A stretch of 63,951 nucleotides of DNA, filler included, from Octopus bimaculoides (Eukaryota): the NCBI RefSeq assembly GCF_001194135.2. It is 6 parts of 4 records of this genome, joined end to end, with 100 filler letters (N's around TTAATTAATTAA, not from the genome) between each part and the next. Parts side by side here need not be neighbours in the genome. Positions count along the whole stretch, not along the records: positions 1 to 24,745 come from NC_068981.1; 5 more parts are not named here. One strand, given 5' to 3'. The notes below the pieces were generated by a model. That model was not told the DNA's origin, ran no database searches, and was given only the letters and a program-made list of their open reading frames with translations. Shown piece after piece: positions 11,871 through 23,050 of the stretch; the stretch's first letter is position 1, and each line of letters opens with the position of its first letter. The translations under genes and the position numbers were made by a program.

Positions 11871-12754
11871 CTGAAATAAGAAAGGACACAAATATCAAGT
11901 ACCACAACTTAGCTATCTCTGATTTAAAGATAATACCAACTCTCAATAGCTGTTTCTTGCCAGCACATGGCTAGTGCCATAGACCAGCAAAGAGTAATGC
12001 CTGAAAAGGATTCTCAGAAGACCCTTACAACAAAATAATTGAGGCCTGAACTCATAGGTACCACTTCAATAAGTACATAATCCTTCTTCTTCCCTGGTTT
12101 GTGACAGTTTTTCATTCTCTATCTGCTGTCCAACTAACACTAAATATTCCAACTTCTTTGTGAAAATGGTACAGAACTTATATAGAATCCATTCTCTTCA
12201 TAATTCACATCTTCCAGCATGCTCTAATATAATTAGATGTAGACACTGATCAAAAAGTGAACCTCTATATTTTATGGTCAAGCAGCTGACACTAGATTCA
12301 TCTGTAAAAACCACTTGTCCCAACATTTTTTATGCAAAATATGAACAAGCAATGTAAGAGGAATAGCTTCCTTTTGATTATGCACAAGTCCTTCTTCAAA
12401 AGGGAATAGAACGATTGAGTAGGGCTCAAGATGATACAAGTAGTTACTTTTTTGACCCTGAAGTGATAAAGTCAAAAATAAGAATTTGAACTCAGAACTG
12501 TTAACAACAAACAAGATGACCATTTATTGATTTAACTATCTTCTCAATACTAGAGTTTATATAATGATATAAATTACATGTAATACACTAATAAAATATT
12601 GGAACATATATGAAAATGCTAAAAACTTACAATTAAATGGATTTCGTAGGTAAAATGACTAAAAAAATTGTTAACAAAGGTCCAAAGAATTCTTTTAATT
12701 CATATACTTCTTGCGAAACAATTTAGAATACTGATATCTATCACAGTCACAAAT

Positions 12755-13102
12755 ACAGTTCTATATTTAAGAAATGAGGAATTATGTACATTATTTATAT
12801 TTGACGGATATTTCTCCTCATCTTGTTTGTTGTTAACACAACATTTCGGCTGATATACCCTCCAGCCTTCATCAGGTGTCTTGGGGAAATTTTGAACCTG
12901 GGTTCTCATTCCTAAGGTATTTTTCGATGTTGTTATTATTATTGTTGTTGTTAAGGTCACTGCCTGAAATTGAACTCGGAATCTTGGGGTTAGTAGCCTG
13001 CGCTCTTAACCACTACACCCACAGGTATATCAGCCGAAATGTTGTGTTAACAACAAACAAGATGAGGACAAATATCCGTCAAATATAAATGTAAATAATG
13101 TA
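12755..13102 (-). mobile_element. tRNA-headed, Penelope-tailed element with a hammerhead motif and an inverted partial terminal repeat; 13-bp TSD
   Basis: Direct repeat CACAGTCACAAAT at 12742-12754 and 13103-13115. Minus-strand order: inverted partial repeat (13102-13021), tRNA-like head with A/B boxes (13020-12955), (AAY)n, pLTR-like tail containing the hammerhead core. Confidence 0.75.
12835..12880 (-). ncRNA. Minimal type I hammerhead ribozyme motif (copy A)
   Basis: GACAC-CUGAUGA-A-GGCUG(GAGGGUAUAU)CAGCC-GAAA-UG-UU-GUGUU. Has a 5-bp helix I, a 5-bp helix II, intact CUGAUGA and GAAA cores, a loopless quasi-palindromic helix III (AUGU) and a predicted GUU cleavage triplet. One extra A lies between A9 and helix II. 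Confidence 0.65.
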
Positions 13103-13240
13103 CACAGTCACAAATTTGATAAGAAGGGTACTAAAGCAGAAGATGAAATGTAACTTTCATATACTATATGGCAGGAGTCATCCTCCCCACTTTTGAAACT
13201 TAAACTACAACAGCAATAAAGTTGCTTCAATAATACTTAC

Positions 13241-13315
13241 TTCTGACATGTTGTCTTTACTTGTTCATTTGTTAAGTCTACAACATCAGGATTGCCATAG
13301 AGTTTATAAAACCTC
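13241..13315 (-). CDS. MRPS23: MRPS23 exon 3 (RFYKLYGNPDVVDLTNEQVKTTCQ)
   Basis: tttttcatag acceptor, gtaagt donor. 75 nt, phase 2-2. Matches the conserved A-[KR]-F-Y-x-x-Y-G...C-Q-[KR]-F. Confidence 0.95.
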
Positions 13316-14184
13316 CTATGAAAAAACGTAACAGGAAAGGAATTAAAAACACAAGAAATTAAATATTTGAATGGTTTTTTTTTTTTTTTTTAATATTTTA
13401 GACGTATTATAACAAGGATTAAGGAAAATGTTATAAATGTCTCTGAAAATGAAAATAAAAGGCAAAAATAATGAGAGATTTTATATACACACAAAATGTA
13501 GCAACATAAAAGCAGAACAAGTCTGTTGCTGAATATTCTCAGTTTGTTTTGACTTGTGGGAAGAGGAGTAATCAATCAACTGCATGAAAATAATCTCCAA
13601 ATACAACAAAGTAGGTAGGGTCCAGATTTTTATCATTTAGACTTTATACTAAGGATTTGGTTAGTTGTTCAATCAAATAAGATAACTGAATTCATGTGTA
13701 ACTGGCTGAATATTCCTTTAACCTTTTACCCTTAAAGTATTCTCAGGTAGAATGAGTGTCACAGTGTGTAACAAAGCTGTGCCTACATAATTATAGATAG
13801 AATCCATCCGATGGGCTTCCATACAGTTTCCATCAACCAAATTTCACTCACAATGTATGGGTCAACCAAAGGCTACAGAAAGTTACACATGCCCCAGATG
13901 CCATGCAGTGAAAAGGACTTCACAAGTGTAAAGAGAACTTCTTAGACTGTACTCACACTGACTGTTTAATACAGAAGGTACTTTGTACTCTAAACTTTAG
14001 CGAATTAGTTCCAACATCTAAAACAGTGTGGATTTTTTAGATTGTTACATTAACAGAGTTACAGACATGTATTCTGAATCACCGATATATGGCCAAAATA
14101 TAGCTGTTAGTGAAAATGTAGCACAATACTGATCATGGAGACAAATGATAAAGAAATGGTAAGAGAATCACTATGTGTACTTAC

Positions 14185-14346
14185 GCTCTGATAATGTCTT
14201 CAGGATAGAGCAAATCTGGTATTGCTTTATGGACTGCTTTTCTGTCATATCTTGGTTCAACTGCAGGTGGAAATGCTTTGTAAATATCAAACCATAGAGG
14301 CTTATTTTCTTCTTTAATTGCTTTGGATCTAAGTAAACCATTAACT
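14185..14346 (-). CDS. MRPS23: MRPS23 exon 2 (VNGLLRSKAIKEENKPLWFDIYKAFPP...LLYPEDIIRA)
   Basis: cacacag acceptor, gtaagt donor. 162 nt, phase 2-2. Contains the diagnostic KPLWFD-[IV]-Y-x-AFPP and Y-x-ED-x-IRA motifs. Confidence 0.97.
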
Positions 14347-14556
14347 CTGTGTGTGATAACAAAGAGAAATAAATCATTAAAAAGACCTTTAATATTTTAC
14401 ATAAGGATATTTTAGTGGATTAGCAAAAATGGTAAAGTACCAGATAAAATATCTTGCTAATGTTTTCTATATATATATATATGTCTATGTATTTGTATGA
14501 ATATGAGAATGTGTTTGTGTGTGCCTGTTTGCTTGTCTGTCTGTATTTATCTATCT

Positions 14557-14830
14557 ATATCATCATCATCATTATCATCATTGTTTAACAGCCACTTTTC
14601 ATGCTGGCATGGGTTGGACTGTTTGACCGAGGACTGGCAAGCCAGGAAGCTGCACCAGGCTCCAATCTGATTTGGCAAAGTTTCTACAGCTAGATGCCCT
14701 TCCTAACGCCAACCACTCTGAGAGAGTAGTGGGTGCTTTTACATACCAATGGCACGGGAGCCAGTCAGGTGGCATTGGTATCAGCCACGCACGAATTGTG
14801 CTTTTTACATGCCACCAGCATGAGAGTCAG
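14557..14830 (-). mobile_element. SINE family 2 copy (approximate ends)
   Basis: (CAT)n followed by the reverse complement of the family 2 tail. Confidence 0.75.
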
Positions 14831-15066
14831 CCAGGTGCCCTCCCTTTGTCCAGGGGGTGGTTTGCCAAGACGACCTAGCATCTTCTGTGTTGTCTGCAAC
14901 CACACAATCAGACAGGCTCCTGTTTCCAGTCCATTCTTTGATTTTTATCAGTTCACAAACATCTTTAATGGCCCATTGCCCTCTTCTCAAAACTTCTTGT
15001 CAGGAATATCTTGGGTAGTTACTTGGGGTGCATTGTATGTCCAGAATATGACAGCTTTATAGACTT

Positions 15067-15459
15067 ACATTATTTACATTATTTACATTTGACGGATATT
15101 TTGTCCTCATCTTGTCTGTTGTTAGCACAACGTTTCGGCTGATATACCCACCAGCCTTCATCAGGTGTCTTGGGGAAATTTTGAACCTGGGTTCTGATTC
15201 CTAAGGTATTTTTCGATGTTATTATTATTAAAAAGAAGAAGCAGGAAGAGGAGGTGGTGGTCGTCATCGTTGTTGTCATTGTCATCATCAAAAAATACCT
15301 TAGGAGCGAGCCCCAAGGTTCGAAATTTCCTCAAGACACCTGATGAAAGCTGGAGGGTATATCAACCAAAACGTGTTAACAACAAAGATGAGGACAAATA
15401 TCCGCCAAATGTAAATAATGTACATAATTCCTCATCTCTTAAATATAGAACTGTATTTG
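15067..15459 (+). mobile_element. Second palindromic Penelope-type insertion: inverted partial repeat, microsatellite spacer, full terminal repeat
   Basis: 15067-~15235 is the reverse complement of ~15285-15459. Same family as 12755..13102. Possible 7-bp TSD TAGACTT (15060-15066, 15460-15466). Confidence 0.7.
15124..15169 (-). ncRNA. Minimal type I hammerhead ribozyme motif (copy C)
   Basis: GACAC-CUGAUGA-A-GGCUG(GUGGGUAUAU)CAGCC-GAAA-CG-UU-GUGCU. Intact cores, perfect ACGU palindrome at helix III, 3-bp helix I. The plus-strand partner at ~15334-15380 is decayed (GAAA changed to AAAA). Confidence 0.65.
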
Positions 15460-15600
15460 TAGACTTCATTCACAATAATAGGTGTCTTTGGACTTTCAGA
15501 TTTTCCAGTGTTGCAGCATTTGTTACTCAGTCTTTCCAGCTTATCTTGCCAAGTTTGCAAAAAATCTACATCACAAAAGCTTCCATCTTTTTCTCCATAG

Positions 15601-16030
15601 ATCATCATCATCATCATCATCGTTTAATGTCTGCCTTCCATGCTAGCATGGGTTGGATGATTTGACTGAGGACTGGTGAACCAGATGGCTACACCAGGCA
15701 CCAATCTGATTTGGCAGAATTTCTACAACTGGATGCCTTTCCTAACGTCAACCACTCCGAGAGTGTAGTGGGTGCTTTTACGTGCCACAGGCACGAAGGC
15801 CAGTCAGGCAGGTACTGGCAATGGACACGCTCGAAATGGTGTATTTTACGTGCCACCTGCACAGGAGCCAGTCCAGCGGTACTGGCAACGAACTCGCTCG
15901 AATGTCTTTTCACGTGCCAGGAAGGCAACGTTGGTAACGATCACGCTCAAATGGTGCAATTTACGTCCCACCGGCACGGAAGCCAGACAGCTGGTGCTCT
16001 GGCAACGATCACGCTCGGACGGTGCTCTTA
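15601..16030 (-). mobile_element. SINE family 2 copy with internal tandem subunits
   Basis: (CAT)n plus the reverse-complement tail, then repeated GGTACTGGCAACG..CACGCTC units. Confidence 0.8.
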
Positions 16031-16299
16031 GTGATGAGTACACTATCTAAGCTTCAGTCCCAGAGAGGATAACTGACATACTATAACAGTTTAATGGCCT
16101 AAATTTCAGATGCAGTGTATATCTTTTGAGGGAAAGGACTACATCATTCTTATAAATGTTGTTTTATCTTTATTCTTTTGAGTAACTTCTTTTTCACAGC
16201 AACTGTTCCTGGTTTATTATTTATCCTAAATACTTGAAATTTTTCACTTATCCAAGCTTCCATCCATCAAAATGTATGTGTGTATGTGTGTGCGTATTA

Positions 16300-16600
16300 G
16301 ATCAGTGGTAATTGTGTCAGGCTCACAATCATGATGTAGTGAGTTCAATTACTGGCCCAGGTAGTGTGTTGTGTTCTTGAGCAAGACATTTTATTTCACA
16401 TTGCTCCAGTTCACTCAGCTGTAGAAATGAGTAGTGACATCACTAGTGCCAAGCTGTATTAGCCTTTTCCTTTCACTTGGATAACGTTGGTGGCATGAAG
16501 AGGGGAGGCTGGTATGCATGGGCAACTGCTGGTCTTCCACAAACAACCTTGCCCAGACTTGTGCAATCCCATGGTCATTCATGACCAAAGGGGGTCCTTA
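16300..16600 (+). mobile_element. SINE family 3 (tRNA-derived head, CORE-like middle)
   Basis: GGCTCACAATCATGA..GAGTTCAATT..TTGAGCAAGACA..TTGCTCCAGTTCACTCAGCTGTAGAAATGAGT. Homologous to 46170..46515. Confidence 0.7.
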
Positions 16601-17869
16601 TGCATGCATGCATGCATGCATGTACAAACACTATCAACATTGTTTAATATCTGCATTTCATATTGACATGGATTGGACAAGTCCTCACAGTTGCAGTCAG
16701 TACATATAAAGGGAATTGCAACTCGAGTAGATGGATTGAGAGACCTCATCTTGTTTGCTGTTCTTTTCTGGCTTAGTTTCTACAACTGGATGCCCTTCGT
16801 AATGCTAATCACTTTACAGAGTGTGCTGGGTGTTTTTTGTGACACCAGCATGTGAGAGACCGTTCATGTCTTCTAAAGGAACGAAAGGAATTCCATAACC
16901 CACATTACTGCTCACTTAGCCTCTTTACTAAAGTGAGAAAGCATGAGTGGTAGAGGTATGAATGAGAATGATAGACAGGAATGATGATGAGTGCTCAGTA
17001 TTGCAATGTGACTGAGAGATAGAGATGACAGAAGTCTAATTGCCCTAGGAGATAGAGCAATGATGAAGGGAGTGAAGGAGAAAAGGAGTAAGGGTGTGCT
17101 AGCAGACAGACTGACACTGAGTCATGACAGAAGGGAAAGGAGAAGATAGATGAACTATGGACAAATGGTCCAAAGTAGCCACCTATACATAGGCTACAAA
17201 ATGGACTGGAGAGGTCAAGCAATTAGACTAGTGGCAAGAGTGATGTAGGTGTGTCCTGTATCAGTGAGTGGTACAAATGAGTGATGGAGAGTGGGTCAGA
17301 ATAGGTGCAGTGGCATCCTTAGTTAGTAACTAGAAATGATGGACAGTGAACAGAAAAGATTACTGCCATCCTCAGTCACATAGAAGCAAAGCTTAGTGTA
17401 TAGTAAGAAATGAGATGAGCAATAGACATGGGTGAAAGAATGTGATGCATGATGGACAGATGTGATGTAATGAAGACATGATGAGAGAGAGAGCAACATG
17501 TAATGAATGGAAGAGCTTCACTGCCATTCTTAATCACATTGACAGCATAGCACAGTGAGGTTGAGAAGAGGAAGGAATGATTAAGAAATGAGCAACAAGG
17601 GCAAAGCCATGGGAAACAAAAGAAATAATGGAACGAGTAAAAAGGATATGGATGTCAGTGGTATGAGCAATGGACAAACAAATGATAGGGATTATGATGT
17701 GAGGGTTGAGTGATAGAGGGGCAAGAAGTGATGGAGGAGTGATATGATTGTTAGAGAGGTAAGAGGCTATTAAAGAAGTAAATAATGTAAACTTGACGGA
17801 TATACATGCACACATATAAACATGCCTAGTAATACATGCCCGTATTTATACAAATATACATAACATAAT

Positions 17870-18370
17870 TTTAATGTCCATTTTGCCATACCTAGAAGGA
17901 CAAGATCTTATCCCATAATGCTGTGCTGTTAGTCAATGTGGTCCTTTGTCATATTCTCCTACAGTTCATACAGCTTCAGTTCTGTCTTCACCACTTTGTC
18001 TCAAATCTTTTTTGGTCTCCCTCTTCCACAAGTTCCATTTTCTTTGAGTGCATATCACATCTTTATACAGCTATCTTCCTTCACAGGCATTACATACCTA
18101 TATCAATGCAGTTTTCTCTCTTGTACACTACACCTGATTCCTCTGATAGATTGTGCTCTGTTATTCACATCCAGTAGAATTATACATCCAGTGGAGCATG
18201 TTCACTTCATTTATTTCTAGCTTTTGTAGACCCTCTGTGTAGAAGGCCCACATTTCACAACCATGCAGCATTACACTTTCCACTCATACAATCTGCCTTT
18301 CACTTTGAGGGAGAAGTTTCTTGTTGCCAGCAGGGTTAATAGCTCCCAAAACTTTTTCCAACCAGTTCAA
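17870..18370 (-). mobile_element. Degenerate 3' fragment of an RTE-type LINE
   Basis: Minus strand reads WKKFWELLTLLATRNFSLKVKGRLY and later G-T-C-G-RGRPKKIWDKVVK-like residues, typical of RTE ORF C-termini. Many stops. Confidence 0.6.
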
Positions 18371-19505
18371 TTATAGATATGATTATGATTGCTTGTAGGT
18401 TGATTCCGACGTCCTATATTGATAATTTAATATGGATTTCAAAATAATTAAAATAATCAAAATTTTGATGCGCACAGTCCTGAAAAGTGCTTAGACGACC
18501 TGTTGTAGTTCAATGTGGCAACCCTGCTTGGACTTGCATGCCATCAAAGTCAAGAAAATTAATACTTGCAACACACAGAGATCAATTCAAACAACTTTAC
18601 TTTTCCTCAAGAAATACTGCTCCTGTGTTCAGTCAAAAGTCAGGGCAAGATAGAACTTATCCCTTATTCTGCCTTAAGTTCAACCACTAGATGTACTTAA
18701 AAGTATTATAGATAGATAGAAGAACTCGTTGGCAGACAAGTTTCTGCTCACAATAGCAGCTAAATTGCTCTGAAAACAATCCACCATCAAAATAGTTATA
18801 TTGAGAAATATAGTTCCTGATAAACAAAATGATGTGAATATCATGACTTTTCATCATAGTTGTGATCGATCATGACTGATTTGGGGTTATACAAGTCTAC
18901 TTTGAATGACAAAGAAAGGGCTCGAAATGCCAAAAGTAAGTTCAATTTCCCTCAAATCACACCTCCTATATTTGGGATGAAATCATGTTTCTGCTGTAAT
19001 GTACAAACTCGTGCCTTCTCCTGTTTGTTCATCCATCACAGAAAGTGGAAACAATGCAGATTGACCTTTGTGAAAACCCCAAAATTACACTATCGCTTTA
19101 AAGTAGGGAAGGACATACTAGAAAAATCCAACATATACAGATGAGATGGTAAGACTTACAGAATTCAGGGATGAATAAGACTGCATGTTCGCAAGCAAGT
19201 ATTCTTATGATTTTTTCTTTTCTTTTTCTGTACAAAACGCAACTAAGAAAAATCACCTAGCTTAGTCACAGAAAAAAGGACATGATCGCTTTCAGGGTCT
19301 CCGAAATTGAAAACAAGACGGGATAACAGGACCGGACCATGTGTGACTATAGTTCGGCTTAATAAAGACTAAACAACAACAATATTACACGTGTTCTAAT
19401 ACGTAAGCACAAACTTATCATCGATGACAAAAACAGTAGAGATCTATCAACAGTGGTGCATTGGAATCTCTATAAAGAATATGAATATACCTCATTAATA
19501 CTAAC

Positions 19506-19549
19506 CTACTGAAAATGGTACTGAGTTTCTCAAGCCTGCTTCCTGCCAT
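19506..19549 (-). CDS. MRPS23: MRPS23 exon 1 (MAGSRLEKLSTIFSR)
   Basis: ATG at 19549-19547 and a GT donor (gttag). Matches the invariant MRPS23 N-terminus MAGSRLE. The five exons total 561 nt = 186 aa + stop, with all phases compatible. Confidence 0.96.
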
Positions 19550-20879
19550 TTTAAAAAATAACCAAGGTGACCGGGTCGCTTACAAACAAAAAAGTTATGA
19601 AATCTGTTATATTCTAAAACATATTTTATGGTAATACTCGTTTTTTGTTTTACTTTTTGTTATTGAATAAAATTTTAAATGAAAATATATTGATGTAAAT
19701 AAGTTAACAAATTATCTATAAAATATATCGAATAAATACACTTTGTCCGTAGGTGACTTCAAGTTCGATAACTCTGTCATATAAGGGAGAGAAATGATGT
19801 CAACTAACATAAAAAATTTGGCTATTTCCCCACTAAAAAATCGAGCTAATGTGGCGTAAGAGATTGGATTAAAAGAGTTAGATCCTTTTGATTCAATACT
19901 TTAATACATTGTTGACGTTTGGCCTCCTCATTAGGAATGGTATGATTTGTTATAAAAATATTATCAGATTCAGTAAGATGTTTAATTTTTTCCGTTTTCA
20001 TGGTTATTAATTTTTTCGGTTCTGTATGATTTGTTTTAAAAATATTATCAGATTCAAAACGATGTTTCATCTCTTCACTTTTTATGTTTATTAATTTTTT
20101 CATTTTTTAGATTTTTTTTTTTATTGAGGATTAAACAATTTTTTGAGTCGAAGGATATTTCTCGTAAAACAGGGGGAGATAACCCAATTTTTGAATTGGG
20201 GTGAGATAACCAAAAAGTACCCAAATCCCTATATAATCGCAAATTAAACCATCTGAACCGTATTTGTGGAAGATATTAAAAAAACATCCGTTTTCCTGAA
20301 TCTCGTGAAGAAACAAAGGCGGTGGGTCACACGTGTATATTAATGCCTCTCGATCTAGGGGAGAGAAGTTCTGAAGAAGCTCGTGTGGTCGTTCAATGTG
20401 TTAGATTTTCACAAAAAAAAAAAAGAAGAAGGATATATTGGATACAATAGGTTTGATACGTTATCTGTAAAAAAGAAACAAACAAATAAAACGGGATGGT
20501 TATGGTTGAAATACTTTTTTATCACCTTTTGACTGCCTCCTTATACCAGAAGAAAATTTTCTGTCGTAACAAGGAACACATTTTTAAATATAACTTTACT
20601 TATGTCTAATGAGTCCTCATTACCCACAAGAATTTCCTTTTTAACCAACTTGAGGTAATTTACACCGTTGGCCGACCCCTGCTGTAGATGCTTGCTTGTC
20701 GGTGCACAAGTAATCTGAGACGGTCTCAAACATAATTTCAGGATTTTTCAGCCTGTTTTAGATACTATGAGGAGTATGGAAGAGTTGCGATTCTTGCGCT
20801 TAATCCCAATCTATCTATAAAACCGAATTAGCTCCCTTACTTGATAAAGTAATAAATAGCTTGCTTCCCTTACACCCAG

Positions 20880-23050
20880 TTAGGTAGCATATGTTTCATA
20901 GAAATTGAGATAAACATAAAAATAGTTGCTCTAGCCTAATTTGCGGGTGCTGATTTCAGATACAAAACCAGTTTTCACTCATAACCTCTAGCTTTTGAGG
21001 TATACATTATTATGGTTTTGCAACAATACACGTAACCATATTATGATCAATTTTTATTTTGTTTTCCAGATTTTTGTGATACATATGATACATATCTCTA
21101 CAATGGCTTCAGGCATTTCAAAACACCGAAGATGCATCAACAAGGCAAATTCATTCTGCTACGTGTGTAGGAATTTCACGACAGTTGCACAGCGCCGAAC
21201 AATTACTTCCCTCCTCAGAACTGCTTATTTACATTATTTTGACTGTAAAATTATAGAATTTGACTGGGCCTTACACACCTGTTGTAAACCCTGCTACAAT
21301 GGACTAACTGCATGGTTTAACAGCAAGAATACAGCCTTCAACTTTGCTGTCCCGATGGTCTGGAGAGAGTCACAATTTTCAGATGCTTGCTATTGTTATC
21401 TAACAAGTATAACAGGGTTCATACTTTTCCTTGAAAAAAGATCAAATATCCCAACCTTCCCTCAGTTATGAGACCTGTTCCCTCAGTTATGAGACCTGTT
21501 CCCTACTCATATGATTTCCCAGTCCCTACAGACCCAGTAAATAAGGGTCTTGTTCCTTCATCAGAAAAAGAAATGCCTTCAGGGTAAGATGCTGCCAAGT
21601 CGGTCTCTTCTGAAGACAATGTCTCTCTTTATTCAAGAGCGAGTGGCAATGAGCCTCACTGGGTCACGCAAGAAGACCTGAATGACCTTGCCCATGATTT
21701 GTATCTATCTAAGCAGCAGTCAGAGCTCCTGGCATCCCAGCTTAAGCAGTGGAACCTGGTCAAAACAGATGTAAGGATCACCAGTTTCAGTACATGGAAC
21801 CAGGACTTTGCTTCATTCTTTGACATGGAAAACAGGTTGTGTTACTGCACAAATGTCTCTGGCTTGTTCACCTTCCTTGGTTTCCCACACAATCCCTCAG
21901 ACTGGCGTGTTTTCATATGCTCTTCCAAGCGAAGTCTGAAGGCTGTGCTCCATAACAATGGGAATAAATATCTCAGTATTACACTCAGTCCATCTGAAGG
22001 AGTCATATGACAATATGGAGCTCCTTTTGGAAGCTGTCAAGTACAACCAGAAACAGTGGAATCTCTGCAGAGACCTCAAAGTCATTGGGCTCCTTATAGG
22101 TATACAAGCAAGTTTCACAAAATACTGTTGCTTTCTCTGTCTCTGGGACAGTTGAGCTGTGTCCAAGCACTACAAGCAGAAGGACTGGGGAACACGGTGT
22201 CCAAGAAAATCCTCTGGTGGATATGAACAAGGTGCTTTTTCCTCCTCTTCATATTAAGCTTCGTTTAATGAAGAATTTTGTGAAGGCCACGGGCAAAAAT
22301 GGCGCTGCCTTCTAGCATTTGCACAATCTGTTTCCAGCTCTGAATTCCAGTAAGCTTAAGGAGGGCATCTTCGTCGGACCTCAGATCCGAGAAGTACTGA
22401 AGGAGCATCTTACCTTGAAGGAATTGAGAGCATGAGAAGCATTTAAGTCAGTCTGTCATGGCTTCCTTAGTAACACACGGGTACTAGACTACCAAGGGTG
22501 TATTGAGAAGTTGTTAGTCTTATGAGGATATGGGATGCCAAATGTCACTCAAAATTAACTTTCTCCACTCCCACCTTAACATCTTCCCTCTGAGCAGTGA
22601 GTGATGTGCACAGAGAAAGGTTCCACCAAGATATTACTAAGATAGTGAGCAACTACCAAGGCAAGTGGAACCCTAGCATGATGGGGTACTCTGCTCGATG
22701 CTCTTCTGTAACATCCTGGAGGCAAAGTACACAAGATCGTCCCCAAAAAACTCACTTCTAACTGTCTGCTGTACTATGAATTGTGTGTATTGTATTATCC
22801 AAGTAATTTTGTTCTTTCAATGTTCTGTATCTATGCTGTTTTTTTCCCCTGTAATTTGCCTTTGTAACAGATAATATAATCACCTTATATTTTACATGCA
22901 ATAATAATTAAAATGGGAGATATAAAAGCAAAAACTAGAGGTAATAGAACGAAACTGTTCAGAAGATTGAATTCATCAAATCACAATTACTAAATAACAC
23001 CTATTCTTTGTCCTTGCCTCAGACCAAAGGCAAAATTTTGCAAACCAGTG
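20880..23050 (+). mobile_element. Chapaev(-3)-like DNA transposon, decayed transposase at ~21103-22761
   Basis: Peptides: C-x-N-x-x-N-S-F-C-Y-V-C; W-A-L-H-T-C-C-K-P-C; FAVPMVWRE..CYC; SKRSLKAVLHNNGNKY; HSVHLKESYDNMELLL; DLKVIGLLIG..FTKYCCFLCLWDS; LHIKL; RFHQDI..YQGKWNPSM. The right end is ..TTTTGCAAACCAGTG; the left TIR is not recognisable. The superfamily call is from recalled motif knowledge. Confidence 0.65.

Noticed and set aside
11880-12303. Partly open minus-strand frame in MRPS23 intron 3
   Set aside because: Interrupted by several stops, with no recognisable domain.
12955-13020. tRNA-like sequence (also SINE heads at 45824, 46170, 50203 and 50855) as tRNA genes
   Set aside because: A/B boxes are present but there is no complete cloverleaf or acceptor stem, and each continues into a repeated SINE body.
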